Assembly (NCBI RefSeq): GCF_036321535.1
Contig: NC_087437.1
Span: 108,068,001 to 108,132,000 of the forward strand
DNA length: 64,000 bases
From: Camelus dromedarius
Taxonomy: Eukaryota
Direction of reading: 5' to 3'
Shown: piece after piece, positions 51,641 to 64,000 of the stretch
Position numbering within the stretch: position 1 is the stretch's first letter
Layout: every line of letters begins with the position of its first letter
The notes under the pieces: generated by a model
Databases searched by the model: none
The model's input: only the letters and a program-made list of their open reading frames with translations
What the model was told of the DNA's origin: nothing
Translations under genes and position numbers: made by a program

Positions 51641-52622
51641 CCACCGGTTTATAGCAATGCTTCTGAGTCTAACATCGAAGTCTAACTTCCAGCAGAAGTA
51701 GCCTTCATTTGCAGAATTTATTGATCCATTTCCCTCTTGCAACAGTGCACCTTTTTAATTTGCAAATTGGAGGGATTGCTTATTGTTTATTATGGTCTAA
51801 ATCAACCTCTTACTATAAAAATATTCAGTCTACTCTGGCTCAAACTGTACTATATCAAACATAAAATGTCTCTTAATTTGGTCGTTTTATTGTTCATTTT
51901 TATAATGATGATGGAAAACACAGGTCCCCTTTTGCATCATATCACAGCTATTTTGAAGTGTTGAGAAAAATTTATCTGGAGGAACTCTATGACTAAATTT
52001 TCTGGCTAGGGGAAAAATGAGATTCATTTTCTTTATAATTTCGTAATTTATCACTCAAAGGATTGAAGCCATGCAGGTTACTCAAGCATGATATCATCAG
52101 CAAACTTCTGGCCATCTTATAAAGAACAAAAAGCATGGAATTTCCCCAAATCCATGTTTTCTCTTGCTGGTCATGTCCTTTTTCATGTCCTTCCTAAACT
52201 GGAAACTCAGAGAAATGAAATTCCCTTCTTCATACTTGGAGAAGTCATTTTCCTGACTGTCCCTTTGATGCTGGCATTTTCGCTCTGGGCAGAGAACTAA
52301 ATGAATCAAAAGATATGTAGCTGTCACAGTTCTCTTCTAGTCCATTATATAATATATTCTTTTGAAAGAAAAAAGTAAGGTTTAAATCAATACACATTGG
52401 TGATATTACTGACACTTTTCTACACTAATGGTAATCTTGATGATCAAATGTCACCAAATCAGCCATGTTTTTAAGGTTGATGTAGGCTGCTATGGAGATT
52501 AAATCATTTCAAGAGGCTCTATTTAGGCTCAACCCACTCATAGCATTCTATAAGGAAAATGGTCACATTCAAATCAAAACAGAGAAGACATTTATCTACA
52601 TCTGAGTGAGTTCTAAACAAAC

Positions 52623-52796
52623 CTTGTTAGAACGGAGACATTCAGAAGGTACGCTAACAGCATCAGAGCTCTGGAATGTGACATACATCCACTGCCATGA
52701 GTGCACAGGATTTCTTTGTGGGACATGCAGGATCCTCTCTGCTTTCCCTATCATCCTGCCAAACGACCCACTTAGATCAGCACTCTGCATCTTGTT
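52623..52796 (-). other. Candidate 174-nt internal exon
   Basis: Minus strand cttactgtgtgttttctttcag|AACAAG...AACAAG|gtttgt; 58 open codons, phase 0-0; no recognised repeat or protein homology. Confidence 0.3.
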
Positions 52797-52963
52797 CTGA
52801 AAGAAAACACACAGTAAGTTGAAGATCACCTGTACTACTAACATTTCCAGCATTATCCTGCACCTCAGGCTGGACTTCCATGACTCAACATGGCATCAGG
52901 AGAGGCAAAGCAAATTAAGACATCACACATACACACAAACACCATAAAACATCAACATCACTT

Positions 52964-53021
52964 ATAGATTGATAGATGATAGGTAGGTAGGTAGATAGAT
53001 AGATAAATAGATAGATAGATA
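52964..53021 (+). repeat. Imperfect (GATA/GGTA)n microsatellite
   Basis: Read directly. Confidence 0.9.
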
Positions 53022-53287
53022 ATGTATTATGGCTCTGTTTTACCCCAACTTATCAAGACAATAGCATAATCTTAAAGTATTCTAAGTATTCTTAAAGTAT
53101 TCTAATTTCCCTGCCATCAAAAGTTCACATTGACAGTAAATAGATCAGAAAGATAGAAATTCACTTCTTGCCTTTTCCATGGCTTGGTTTGGTTTTCTGC
53201 CTCATGCATGGCCAAGGTGCTAACCATGACTGGTATATGGGCCCTTGAGGAAACATGGCAACCATGGGGAGCAAAGAGGCGAAGGAC

Positions 53288-53668
53288 CAATAGTGTGCTA
53301 GGAACAACCAGTACTGACTTACAAAAGCTGATTCTTAACTTTCTAGGAATTTTGCAAGCTGGTTTTTAGATGCATTATTAAAAAATAGATTATACAAATG
53401 TAAAATTAATCAAATTATATTATGAACAAAAGTCATAAATATTCAGATTCATCACTTCCTAATTATTTTATGTGTTATTATTCTCTATGCTCTTGAGTTT
53501 GTCTGTCATATCTGGGTGCCACTGCACTGCCCCTTTGAGTTTTACATTCAGAGACATCATGTTGGTAGCTTGAAATTGACCACGTCAAGAAAATGGGCAC
53601 CATAAAACTTCACAAATGCCACCAGTCAGGGCTCCCCTGCAACCACCTCATTTACCAGCACATCATTG
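53288..53668 (+). mobile_element. MER63B-like hAT DNA transposon
   Basis: TIRs caatagtgtgctag / ccagcacatcattg; internal catcacttcctaattatttta and gttggtagcttgaaatt; decayed 8-bp TSD cgaaggac / caaagaat. Confidence 0.8.
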
Positions 53669-53831
53669 CAAAGAATCAAAGCAAGGATGTGGTTTCCATG
53701 ACAGGTGTCTATATCTGTACCTTTCTCATTACACATGTCCCATCCCAAATTAAGAGCTTGGGTGCCTAAATAAGGCGTCAATGTAAAATGTAACTTTTAT
53801 ATTTAATTTAAATTGTTTTAAAATACCATGT

Positions 53832-53847
53832 AAAAAAGAATATGAAA

Positions 53848-53881
<34 letters not shown>

Positions 53882-53951
53882 TGACTGGGACGTTATGCTA
53901 TATACCAGAAACTGACACATCATAACTGACTATACTGCAATTAAAAAAAAA
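53832..53951 (+). mobile_element. Short L1 3' end with internal (TA)n expansion
   Basis: aaaagaatatgaaatgaa(ta)n tgcatgactgggacgttatgctatataccagaaactgacac...aaaaaaaa. Confidence 0.85.
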
Positions 53952-55509
53952 CTAATTTAATTACTATGTAATGCACAAATATGTTATCCTTATTAAAAAT
54001 AGCAAATAATTACAAATGTCCAAGAAAAAATAAAAATCCCTCCAAACTTTTCCTCTTCCATCAAATGCCACTTCCTTCTTGACAGATGACCAGCCAATAG
54101 TTTGGTATGAATTTTTCCATATTTCAATACAAATATTTTTTGTGAATGAATAAATAAAAGATTTATTAAAATTTATTGTTTTAAAACACATATCAAATTC
54201 ACATTTACTGTGTATCCTAATTGGTTGTTTAGGTCTACATCGAGTTTAAGAGAAAAAAAAATTACATGTATTAAAAATAAACTGTTCCATTGTGAATTAC
54301 TACCTTTCTCTGATATGTGTCTCCAAATGCTTTTAGTTTCAGCTTCACTAAAATGTTTGCCATGGGCTGGGTGAAATATTTTAATTGGTTAACTGTTCTA
54401 CTTTTGCTTAAGACCAACAATTTGATACTGGTTTTTGTATTAAGAACTATGCTGTTAATTAAGAGCTTGTTTAAATGGTCTGTTTTATGTAACTACATTT
54501 TTCAAAGGTCTTACTGAAGTAATTGTACAAAATTAATTTATACTGACTACATTTCTTGGCAAAAATGGATTGTAAAATAAGCAGCACGAATGCATGGAGA
54601 ACAAGAGAAGTTTGATAACTTGACCCAACATTTAATACATGCACCCTGGGGCTAATTAGGTCTCCTTAAATTCTGCTTGGTCTAGTAGCTCCTGTGGGGC
54701 AGAACATTTTTGGCATGGTGAATCAGACATTCCAGATTAGTCGATGATGATAAAATGACTTTCAGTCCTGATAGATTACTTACATTATTCCACTTGTGTA
54801 TGTTATGCATAATACATTTAAGAAATAAAATATGCAATGAAAAGTATTTTATAGACTAAATATTCTAACGGTAAATGTACTAATGCGGAAATTTAAAGCA
54901 CATTTTGTAAAATGTGCATTACTTTGCAGGGACTATAAATTAACATTATGACATTAAAACAGCATTCACCATGTGTTAGGTTAAGATTTTTAGGAGTATA
55001 ATTAATACTCTCTCAATTATTTTGTCTGCAAAGTCATTCAATTATTACTAAAGTCACTTTCAAAAGCTTGATCTAATTACAAATGATAAATATTATAGTC
55101 TTGATTCTTTTCCTCTAAATTCTGCAGTTCCGAGAACTCTGAACAAGTTGTGTAATTCTAAAAAATAGGATCAGTATTGACAAGGATATAACAGTCAAAA
55201 GCCAATGGCTTGTCCTTACACCATTGTACAACATATCCAAAAACACTTGAGTAACTTGTGTTCCAACTAACACTTGCCAGTTACTGTGCACAGACATACC
55301 ACAAAAAGTTGTGAATTTTACAATTTCATAGCAGATAAATTGAAAAAAATCAGCTGCCAGCAAAGATGCTCACAGTCAGACTAAAACGAGGCAAATTTTG
55401 CAAATCAATCAGGGAAAATATCAAATTGGAAATTACACTTGATTACATGAATTGTTGTCTTTGGTCTTCTTTTCTCAATTAACTGCATTAATATGAGAGA
55501 ATTCTGAGG

Positions 55510-55680
55510 GTACATCCTGTGGTTTGGGGAAAAGAGCAAGGAACTTGGGATCAGAAGACCCAGTTCTGTTTCTCAGTAATAGTGTTGTTGAAGCTACAGT
55601 TATATCTGAAAAATACTAGCTATATTTCTGAACAGTTAGGTGCATTGTAAATGACAGTGATAAAACTTTAAAAATGCATT
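55510..55680 (+). mobile_element. MIR fragment
   Basis: ggaaaagagcaaggaacttgggatcagaagacccagttctg. Confidence 0.5.
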
Positions 55681-56706
55681 GGAAAAGCAACCTGATCTTC
55701 TTATCAAAAAGTCTTCTGATATTGCTAACTGGAAGGAGCATTTTAGCCAAATAATTCAATATGCCACTTGCATAAGACATTTTTATTCAAGATTTTTAAA
55801 CATTTTTACAAATAGCACCCTACACAAAGCTTATAATGATGCTCTCTGTTTAGTAAGCATCCCTTAAATAAAAGCTATGGTATGAATTTATATTTATTAA
55901 AATAAATCTTCTCTGGTAATGATACCTATTTTTACTTATGTGGATATAATCTCATAGAAGTTGTATTAAGGAGAAGAGGCATGAACAAATTTGTTTGAAA
56001 AGTGTTACATCAATTTTGCTACCTTTTCTTAAAGAACTGAGAATAAATCTGACCCAACATCTGGTTTATCTCTAAATTTAGAAACTGAACTTTCATATAA
56101 ATTGAATTTAATTTAGATCAAGTTCTAAACCTGATTCAACTAAATTCATAGTCTGAAATATTTTGAGGTAATCCATTAACTGATCTTATAAACAGGACTT
56201 TTACATGGCAAATAAATATATTTGCATTCGAGAGCTCTACAAAAATATTAAAGGTTTTTTTTGCAATGTAATATAGACCACACAATATTGATCTACAACT
56301 TTTATGAACTCATTCAAATTACCTTGCTGCAATGGATCCTAGACTGAGCTTGGCTTGGAAGACTGACCACCCAGAAACTCCATCTGGTTTAACTATAATC
56401 ATCATCCTGTTAGTATATATTCCATGGTCTACAACTTAAACTAAATACATTCATTCACAAAGCAATTCAATATGTTGCTTTTTATTTAAGGAAAAAAATG
56501 AAATATTCGTGTAATAGCAGTTAGAACATTCATACATCAGTATATCCAGTTTCTGACCTACTGACAGATAGCTTTGGTCTCATTGACATTACATCAGTCT
56601 TAATACTATTGTTTCAAAGAAATAGAAGCAAACGTGACTACTATGCACATAATTTCTCTCTTTGGAATGCACTGGCTTGCTTGCTGTGGAGCAAATTAGA
56701 TATTAA

Positions 56707-56751
56707 GATAGGTAGATAGATATAGATTTATTGACAGATGAGAGAGATCGT

Positions 56752-56783
<32 letters not shown>

Positions 56784-56790
56784 TAGACAG
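56707..56790 (+). repeat. Imperfect (GATA)n(GACA)n microsatellite
   Basis: Read directly. Confidence 0.9.
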
Positions 56791-57679
56791 AGCAAGGAAG
56801 GCTTATGATTGCAAACTTAATCCATCTTCCTGGATGAACTTAATCTAGCTTACTGCTGGAGAGTTTCTCCGCTTTTAACTAAATAGCCCACTAGAATCAT
56901 ATTGTCTCAGTATTTCCAGCTTCCCAAGAAACCAGCTGAAGCAGAGACCAGGAAAGCAGATATGAGCTTCAGACTTCTAAGAAAACAAACCAAAATTTGA
57001 AAAATCCAGTATGTTTCTGGAATATTGGATTATGGATCGCTGTGTTCTTCCCAAATCTTATTCAGGACATGTACTTTGGAAATGCAAATATATTTTAAAC
57101 CTTCCAATATATGTTTTGAATAGTATAAGAGAAGTAAAAATCCTTATTCTTGACGGCAAGGAACCAAATTCAGATTAGAGAGATATAAATGACTTTTTGA
57201 AATTTTTAGTCAGAAGAAAGTTATCAAGAAACTGGCCTCATCTTGCCATAGTATAGATGATGAAATTAAAGCTCAAGAAAATTAAATGATTTGGTTAATT
57301 GAAAAATTGGGTCTAAAAAGAAGTCTTTTAATTCTTAGGACAGTGGATAATGAATCCAAAATGCAGCATTGATCTATTCCTCCTCCTTGGTGAACATTTT
57401 GTTAAAATCGATTTATGATTAATTGAAATGCTGTAGATAAATTGCTTTAAAATTAATAGTCAAGAAACTAATAAGCTTCTTTTGATAAGTGTTATTAAAT
57501 CTCAACATATTATAAAAGTATAAAAATATATTACAACATTTAGATGGAAGTGTTTTAAGAAGTTCTTAACAGAGCTTTTATAGAAATAACAATATTTGTA
57601 TTTCTATCTACTCCCCCAAATTTGTATTGCCTTATACTTTAAAATACTTTGTATATGGGAAATTTATAGTAACCATAGC

Positions 57680-57815
57680 TGCTATTTACAGAATATCACC
57701 ATATATCTGACAGGTAAACTCTGAGGAACAAGTATTACCTCATTTAATTCTCAAAACCCACCATGTCAAGTATGGTTTCTTCTCCTTTACACATGAGGAA
57801 TCTGCATAAGTTAAA
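57680..57815 (-). mobile_element. MIR SINE
   Basis: tattacctcatttaattctcaaaaccc...ctcctttacacatgaggaatctg. Confidence 0.6.
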
Positions 57816-58859
57816 GAAAAGAAGTGGAAAGGCATATGAGTGAAGAAAGGTATGTATACAAGTCACTCTGGATGAATAAATGACTGAGTTTTTAGTACTG
57901 AATTAGCTCTAAGTTTGAAAATGTTAAAATAAAATGAAATGTATTTCAATGAGCAACATTTATCTTCAACAGTGCTTGCAGTTTCATAAGAGGAAGCAGC
58001 AGCCTCATCTATGCAGACCTTTTTTTTCTAGCAGGAAGATATTTATCTTGAGAAATTATGCTAGATTGCATAACTTTATGGTCAAAGTAATTAGATTAGA
58101 TCATTGTTAACATCTCTCTTTAAGAGCCAAGGGTGCAGCATATTCATGGAAAATTCAAACCATAAATTTTAATACACAGATTAAAATTATGGATTTCCAG
58201 TAATGGATAATTAATGGCGCCCTTCAATTTTTTTAAAGTAAGATTTTTCAATTGAGAAAGTGAAGTCTGGACGAATGGGAGATTTCATTTAATTCCCGTC
58301 TAAATGAACTATGTATAGGTCTACGAAGACAACATCTTATGTGTCCATTCAAAGCAAAATCAGTTTTTAGAACATTATGTCCCCTAATAATATCATCAAC
58401 ATTGTCATTAAAAAAAATAAGAGACTTATACAAAGACCACTGTTATCTAAAACTATGGCCAAAATACTAATATGTTTTTCTTTAAAAAATAATGCTTTGC
58501 TCTGCTTAGACATGGGAGTAATTAAGACACAAAGATATTAAAGTAAAACACATGGAGGAAACCAATGAATATTGTGAAATGTTTGGAAGCAGGGGAAAAA
58601 AGTGCTTCTTTGACCATAGAGGAATCTCAAATGGTCCCTGGGGATCATCTGATTTTTAAATAGCCCCCCTATCCTTTACCCCATGGGTCACAGGCTCCCA
58701 GGTGGTGCTAATGCTGATGGGCCACCCTACATTTTCACTAACAAGGGTGCAGGCAACATCTAAAATAAGAATTTATGCAGAACTGTTTCTGATTAAAAGT
58801 TAATGAAATCTAGGAAAGAAAGAAAACCCTAAAGAATAATTAAAAAAAAAAAAAGTCCT

Positions 58860-60880
58860 GTAGTCTTTAACTCCTGAAATAATCATGCATATGTGGGAGT
58901 TTCCTTCCAGTTATTTTTGTTTAGACATAGTTGACTAATAGATAACAGAGTTTTACATCTCACTTTGTTACTTAACAAATCATGGGCATGTCCCCCATGT
59001 AATTATTTTTTTATAATTACATTTTAAACTGTACAGAATTTTTTGCCATGTAGTTAATACGATAACTTATTTGTTCAATACTATGAAGTATTTAAATTCT
59101 TTCCAGTGTCTTATTAGTATAAGTAATATGTGGGTAAATAATTTTTAACATTCCTGATTATTTTCTTATGACAGGTTTTCTAGAAGTTAAATTACCTCAT
59201 CCAAGGTTATGGACATTTTAAAACTCTGAATCAAATTGCATAGGCATATCTACCTCGGCATTATTACTTTTAAAAATATGTTTATCAATTTCATAAATGA
59301 AAGCTAGTTTACTTTATTTGGCTTATTTTATTACTAGCATGCTTCTAGCCGTTTCTATTACTACTGCTCTGAGAATCTTATTCTGTCCATCAGTATGTTT
59401 TCCCCTTTATCTCAATGATTTCTTAAAGCTTTTTTATGTTAATGATATATTCCTTGCTAATACTTCTCAATTTCACTTATCTTTCTAATTTTATATTTTT
59501 CCATGCAGAAGTTTTTATTTTCTTGCATTGGTTTTACATGTAGAAAGTCACTGAAAATTCTAAGCTTATTTTCTCTTAGATTATGTGGTTTAATTTTTTT
59601 TGTTTGTTTAAAATATTTAACCTAACTATAATTATCTTTGTAAGATTAGGATCTAATTTAGTTTTATTTCCTGGGTAATTTCTCAAGCACATTTTATTGA
59701 GTGAAAAATGTCTGTCTCATGAATTTTGATGATTTTAAAATCATTTAATAAGAATTTTGAAAACTAGAGGTTGTCTATTGGCTTTTTCATCTCTTTCACA
59801 ATATATTTATAAATGACTGAGACAGTAGAACACAATTATATCTATAAAATCTGAAAGTGTACTTTCTTTTTTATTCTGACTTTTCTTTAGATTATTTGTA
59901 ACTTAAAAAAAAAAAAACTTCATTTCACCAGATGAATCGACTTAGCATGTTAATATTAAAAATGTTTCCCCCAGACTCTGACTGGGAATATGTACATGTC
60001 ACATTAGTTTTCTATTGCTGTGTAATTTATTATCACAGATTTAGCAACTCAAAGTTCTGTAGGTCAGAAGTCCAGTGCACTGTGGTTGGGCTCTCTGTTC
60101 AAGCTGTTTTCTCATCCGGCACTGGGGATCCTTTCCCAAGTTCATTTCTGTTCTTGGCAGAATCTGTTCCTCACAGCTGTCACACTGACGTCCTCATTTC
60201 TTGCTGCCTGACTACCAGAAAAGTGTAAATTAATCCTGGGACACTTGACAATGTTTAGACTTTCAATAAATAGTTTAACCAAAATATATTTCAATTCATT
60301 CAAAATATTACATATGCACATACCCATAATTATTATAATATTCTTTCTACAGTTCTTATAACTATCCTGTAAAGATACACTTCTTTTGTGTACTTAATTT
60401 GTGTGTAGATATTTCCTTCTAACTCATCATTTATGCAGGAAACCTCAGCCTTCTCTGTTTGTTCTTATTCTCCTAACTGCACCCCTGCGTAATTCTGTTT
60501 GTTTTTATTTAGCTATCTTGAGTTTTCTAGAATTAATCAAAATGTCTGCAAATACTGATCTCTTTCCAATACTTAAACATCTCATTAATGGAGGAATTTC
60601 TTCTTTCCTTTTTTTAGCTAACTCCTATTGGAAAGTCTTAACCATTTCATAATTAAATATACTAATGGCTATTGATTTCATATATTCTTAACCATATTTT
60701 AAAAAATAACTCTCTAGTTTACCTTTATACATGTTTTCCTTTGTTTTTCTTTTCTTTTTAATCAAAATGGGAGTTAAAGTTGTTTTTATTTTTGTAATCA
60801 ATTGAAATGATCATATGGGTTTTCTTATCAGAATGATTGATGTGTTATAGTATTCACTGATTTCCTAGTTTTAAGTCAAT
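58860..60880 (-). mobile_element. Old L1 (L1ME-like) remnant
   Basis: T-rich antisense L1 texture: tttccatgcagaagtttttatt, atgtctgcaaatactgat, aattgaaatgatcatatgggttttc. Confidence 0.55.
60000..60220 (-). mobile_element. MaLR LTR fragment (MLT1E-like)
   Basis: attagttttctattgctgtgta...ttctgtaggtcagaagtcca...ttggcagaatctgttcctcacagctgt. Confidence 0.75.
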
Positions 60881-60889
60881 TTAAACATG

Positions 60890-61490
60890 ATATATATTAT
60901 ATGTAACATAAAATTTACATACATTAAAATGAGCATATTTTACCTGTATAGTTAGGTGCATTTTGACGAGTGTATACACAATTATGTCTACTACACAAGA
61001 TCTTTGCACTCAATCCCTACTCTGTCTGAAGCACCAGAAAACCACTGGTTTACTTTAAAGTGTCATATAAATGAAGTCATACTGTATATCCTCATTTGTG
61101 AATCTCTCTGTTAGCATAAGGCTTGTGAGAGTCATCTGTTTTGTTGTATCCATCAGTTGTTGATTCTTTTTCAGCATGGAATATTATTTCACAATCTGTT
61201 TATTAACTTTTCTGTAGATAAATATTTGGATTATATCTGGTCTTTGGCTATTTTGCATAAAAGCTACTACACATATTCTTGTTCAAGTTTTTTCATGGAC
61301 ATATATTAACATTTCTCTTGGATAAACACCCAGGAGTAAAATTACATGGTCATAGGGTAGGTGTATGTTTAACTTTATAAGAAATAGCAAATCTTTCAAA
61401 AGTAATTATATCACTTTATACACCCACCAGCAACATATGAAGGTGCCAGTTACTCACATCCTAGATAACACTTGGAATTGTTAACTTTCA
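60890..61490 (-). mobile_element. L1M 3' end (L1MD/L1ME1-like)
   Basis: tcatataaatgaagtcatactgtat...catttctcttggataaacacccaggagt...ggtcatagggtaggtgtatgtttaactttataagaaa...cccaccagcaa. Confidence 0.85.
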
Positions 61491-62689
61491 ATACGTTTTT
61501 CTAGGAACAATTTTTAATATTCTATGCTTAGGGAACTTTTCCTGTAGGGCAAGTGTACGTGTTTTTTTAACAATAGTTGAGGCTCGTCAAATCAGACAAC
61601 AGGAACAATTCCAGTGGCAGAAGAGCTTCTCCTGGATCTTTTCCAGTTTTCAGCAGTTTGTGAAATAGTTTAGAATCTTACTGAGAATTCTTGACAATAT
61701 AAGATGCAGATGGAGCTTTCTAAGACTTAAATTCAAGTAAATTATTCTGTCAGTCATGGTATAGGAAAATACTACTATTTATCCTGTTATAGAAGCCATG
61801 GCATATTTTATATCTCCAAATCTCTGTCGACTTCAGGTCCTGATAGGTCAGCCCGGAGTCTCCTAAGGAAATCTTTGTTAACTCCCTTTCTTCCCACTGC
61901 CGAAGGATATTGCTAAAATGAGGTTAGTTTGAACTTTATCCTGACCTTATCTAAGAGCATCTTACAGCATTATTTTGCTAATTTTGGCAAGATAAAACTT
62001 TCATTTTTGCTTCTCAGCAGTCTTCAGTGACTCAGAATATAGGATAAACTGTTGCCCAGATAAGTGGTAGTCAAGGCTAATTTAAACCTTTATAAAATCC
62101 AATTGTATGTAATTAGATAAAAGTTTCCTCCATTTCAAAAGACCATTTTAGTTAAATAATGTGTCTTCTTTCACATCAGTGGATTTACTTATGCAATTGA
62201 AGAGAGTAAATTACTTCCATAATCTCACTCCCACCAATTAGATGAATAATCAAGTTTGTTGTATAAGTCATGGAAAGGTCACTTTCAATATGTTCTAAAG
62301 AAACTCTACTCTAAGACATATTAAGCAGAGGGAAAATAAAATGATAATTGATATTCATTTATTAAAGCTGGTGTATAATTAATAATGTTTCTGAAATTTT
62401 CCCTAAGCACATTCTATAACTTGCAGTTTAGAATTATAAGTGTTGAAATAAAGGACACCGATTTTTTCCCCCTTTATTCAGGCATCTACCCCTAGGAAAA
62501 TAGCCATAGGAAAGTAATCTCCACAATCCAGATTTCCTATGGATGAAGCTTCAGGAGATCATCCTCAATCCTGATGTTAAACTCTTCTCATCAAATTAGT
62601 TTAACTTAAGAAGCTTTGAATACATACAATTCTGAAGTCTGTTAAAACTGGTTCCAGCTAGCTAAGGGATCTACATACACACATATGGT

Positions 62690-62906
62690 AGAATGGGATT
62701 TCAAAATTGTAGAATAGATAAACAAGATTACACTGTATAGCACAGGGAAATATACACAAAATGTTATGATAACTCACAGAGAAAAAAATGTGACAATGAG
62801 TGTGTATATGTCCATGAATGACTGAAAAATTGTGCTGAACACTGGAATTTGACACAACATTGTAAAATGATTATAAATCAATAAAAAATGTTAAAAAAAA
62901 AAAAAA
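62690..62906 (+). mobile_element. Young L1 3' end with poly(A)
   Basis: ctgtatagcacagggaaatata...gaaaaattgtgctgaacactggaatttgacacaacattgtaaa...caataaaaaatgtt + A14. Confidence 0.88.
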
Positions 62907-64000
62907 GAGTGAAGATCTTAATGCTGGAGAAAAAAAAAAAAAAGAAAGAAAAAGAAATACGTTAGATGATCCAGGTCAGTGTTATCAGAAAATTGCATCA
63001 AAATCAAATAAATACTAATACACATCAGAATGAAATAAATAGTAAACCTACGACAAATGTCAAGTGTCCCAGAAACTGCCTCTTTAACATTTGATTAAAT
63101 AACTCTGTCCAGCTCACCCTTGCCACTGTCAAAACTACCTACCAAAAGGTAAAATAAGAAATGGGGCTGGCACCATAAATATGGAGGGAAATGGTACTAG
63201 AGTTCAGAAAGCTTGTGTGGCTTTCTAGGACCTCCACAATAAGTAATCTACCACTCATATTTATTTACTGGATTCACTTTCTCATTTAACTCAAATATAT
63301 CAAATCCAATGACTTATTATAGTCTAGAATTTTATTTCTGTTTTGTTGCTCAAATTAATTAACTTTTTCTAAAATATAAACTATTGTGAATTAGGTGTGA
63401 TTGCAGTCTGAGCAAACAATAAGTGAAATTAAAGATATTAATTTGAGAGGCTGGTGGTGTCAAGATGTCTTCACAAAAGAGAAACACTAACACTAACATG
63501 TGAAAGATGAGTAGATTTTTCCTGGTAGGAACAATAATTAAAAAAAAAAAAACAGTTGAAAAGAATTTCAGGAAGTAAGATATTCTAAGAAGATAAAGAA
63601 AAAATAAAGATAATTGGATTGGAAGTTGGCAAGGCAAACTTCAGTTTATGGTGGATATGAAGCTGGATTTTAAGTTTACAATGAACAAATTATACTCAGA
63701 GTAGAGAAAATGATTTTTAAACTATTATTATTGAGAAATAACTGGACCCAGGGAAGACAATTTTCATCTTAGGACTTGATAATGTTCATAGACTTTAAAA
63801 AAATAGACACAGTGAAGGAGGAAGGAACTTATTAGCATAGCATCAAAAGATCCAAGAATTTGTATGGTGATGGCATATGTTAGTTGCTTAAGGAAAGAAC
63901 ATTGGAAGGTAGAAGGGGCTTTTGTTTCTCCTAGGTAGGAAGCAAAAAAAGTAAATGAAGATAAAGAGAAAAAAAAAAAAGTAGGAAAGAGAGAAAGAAG

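Noticed and set aside
53070..53105. 20-bp-period micro-duplication (tcttaaagtattctaa twice)
   Set aside because: Ordinary replication slippage in AT-rich DNA

Overview
AT-rich, CpG-poor mammalian genomic DNA. It is most likely from a camelid, judged from three tRNA-Ala-derived SINEs of the camelid type, artiodactyl-type L1 3' ends, and no visible Alu, B1, Bov-A or PRE-1. I recognise no protein-coding gene and no CpG island, so the window reads as intergenic or deep intronic. The listed ORFs are chance ORFs, microsatellite read-throughs or decayed L1 ORF2. Much of the window is transposable-element debris: L2, MIR, old L1M, MaLR/ERVL LTRs, MER5/MER58/MER63 DNA transposons, younger L1 3' ends and SINEs. 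The best-supported points of interest are: (1) a tailless 7SK retropseudogene with a 16-bp TSD whose target site resembles the 7SK 3' end; (2) a SINE copy that folds into a complete tRNA-Ala(AGC) cloverleaf with G3:U70; (3) a nested stack in which an old L1 holds a complete two-LTR MLT1D-type element (itself holding a SINE) and a twin-primed L1; (4) an unexplained diverged direct repeat enclosing an inverted GATA/TATC pair; (5) a 52-bp tandem duplication; (6) weak candidate minus-strand exons. I see no convincing new biological system. Repeat family names come from remembered consensus sequences, boundaries of old repeats are approximate, and all need RepeatMasker/Dfam confirmation.
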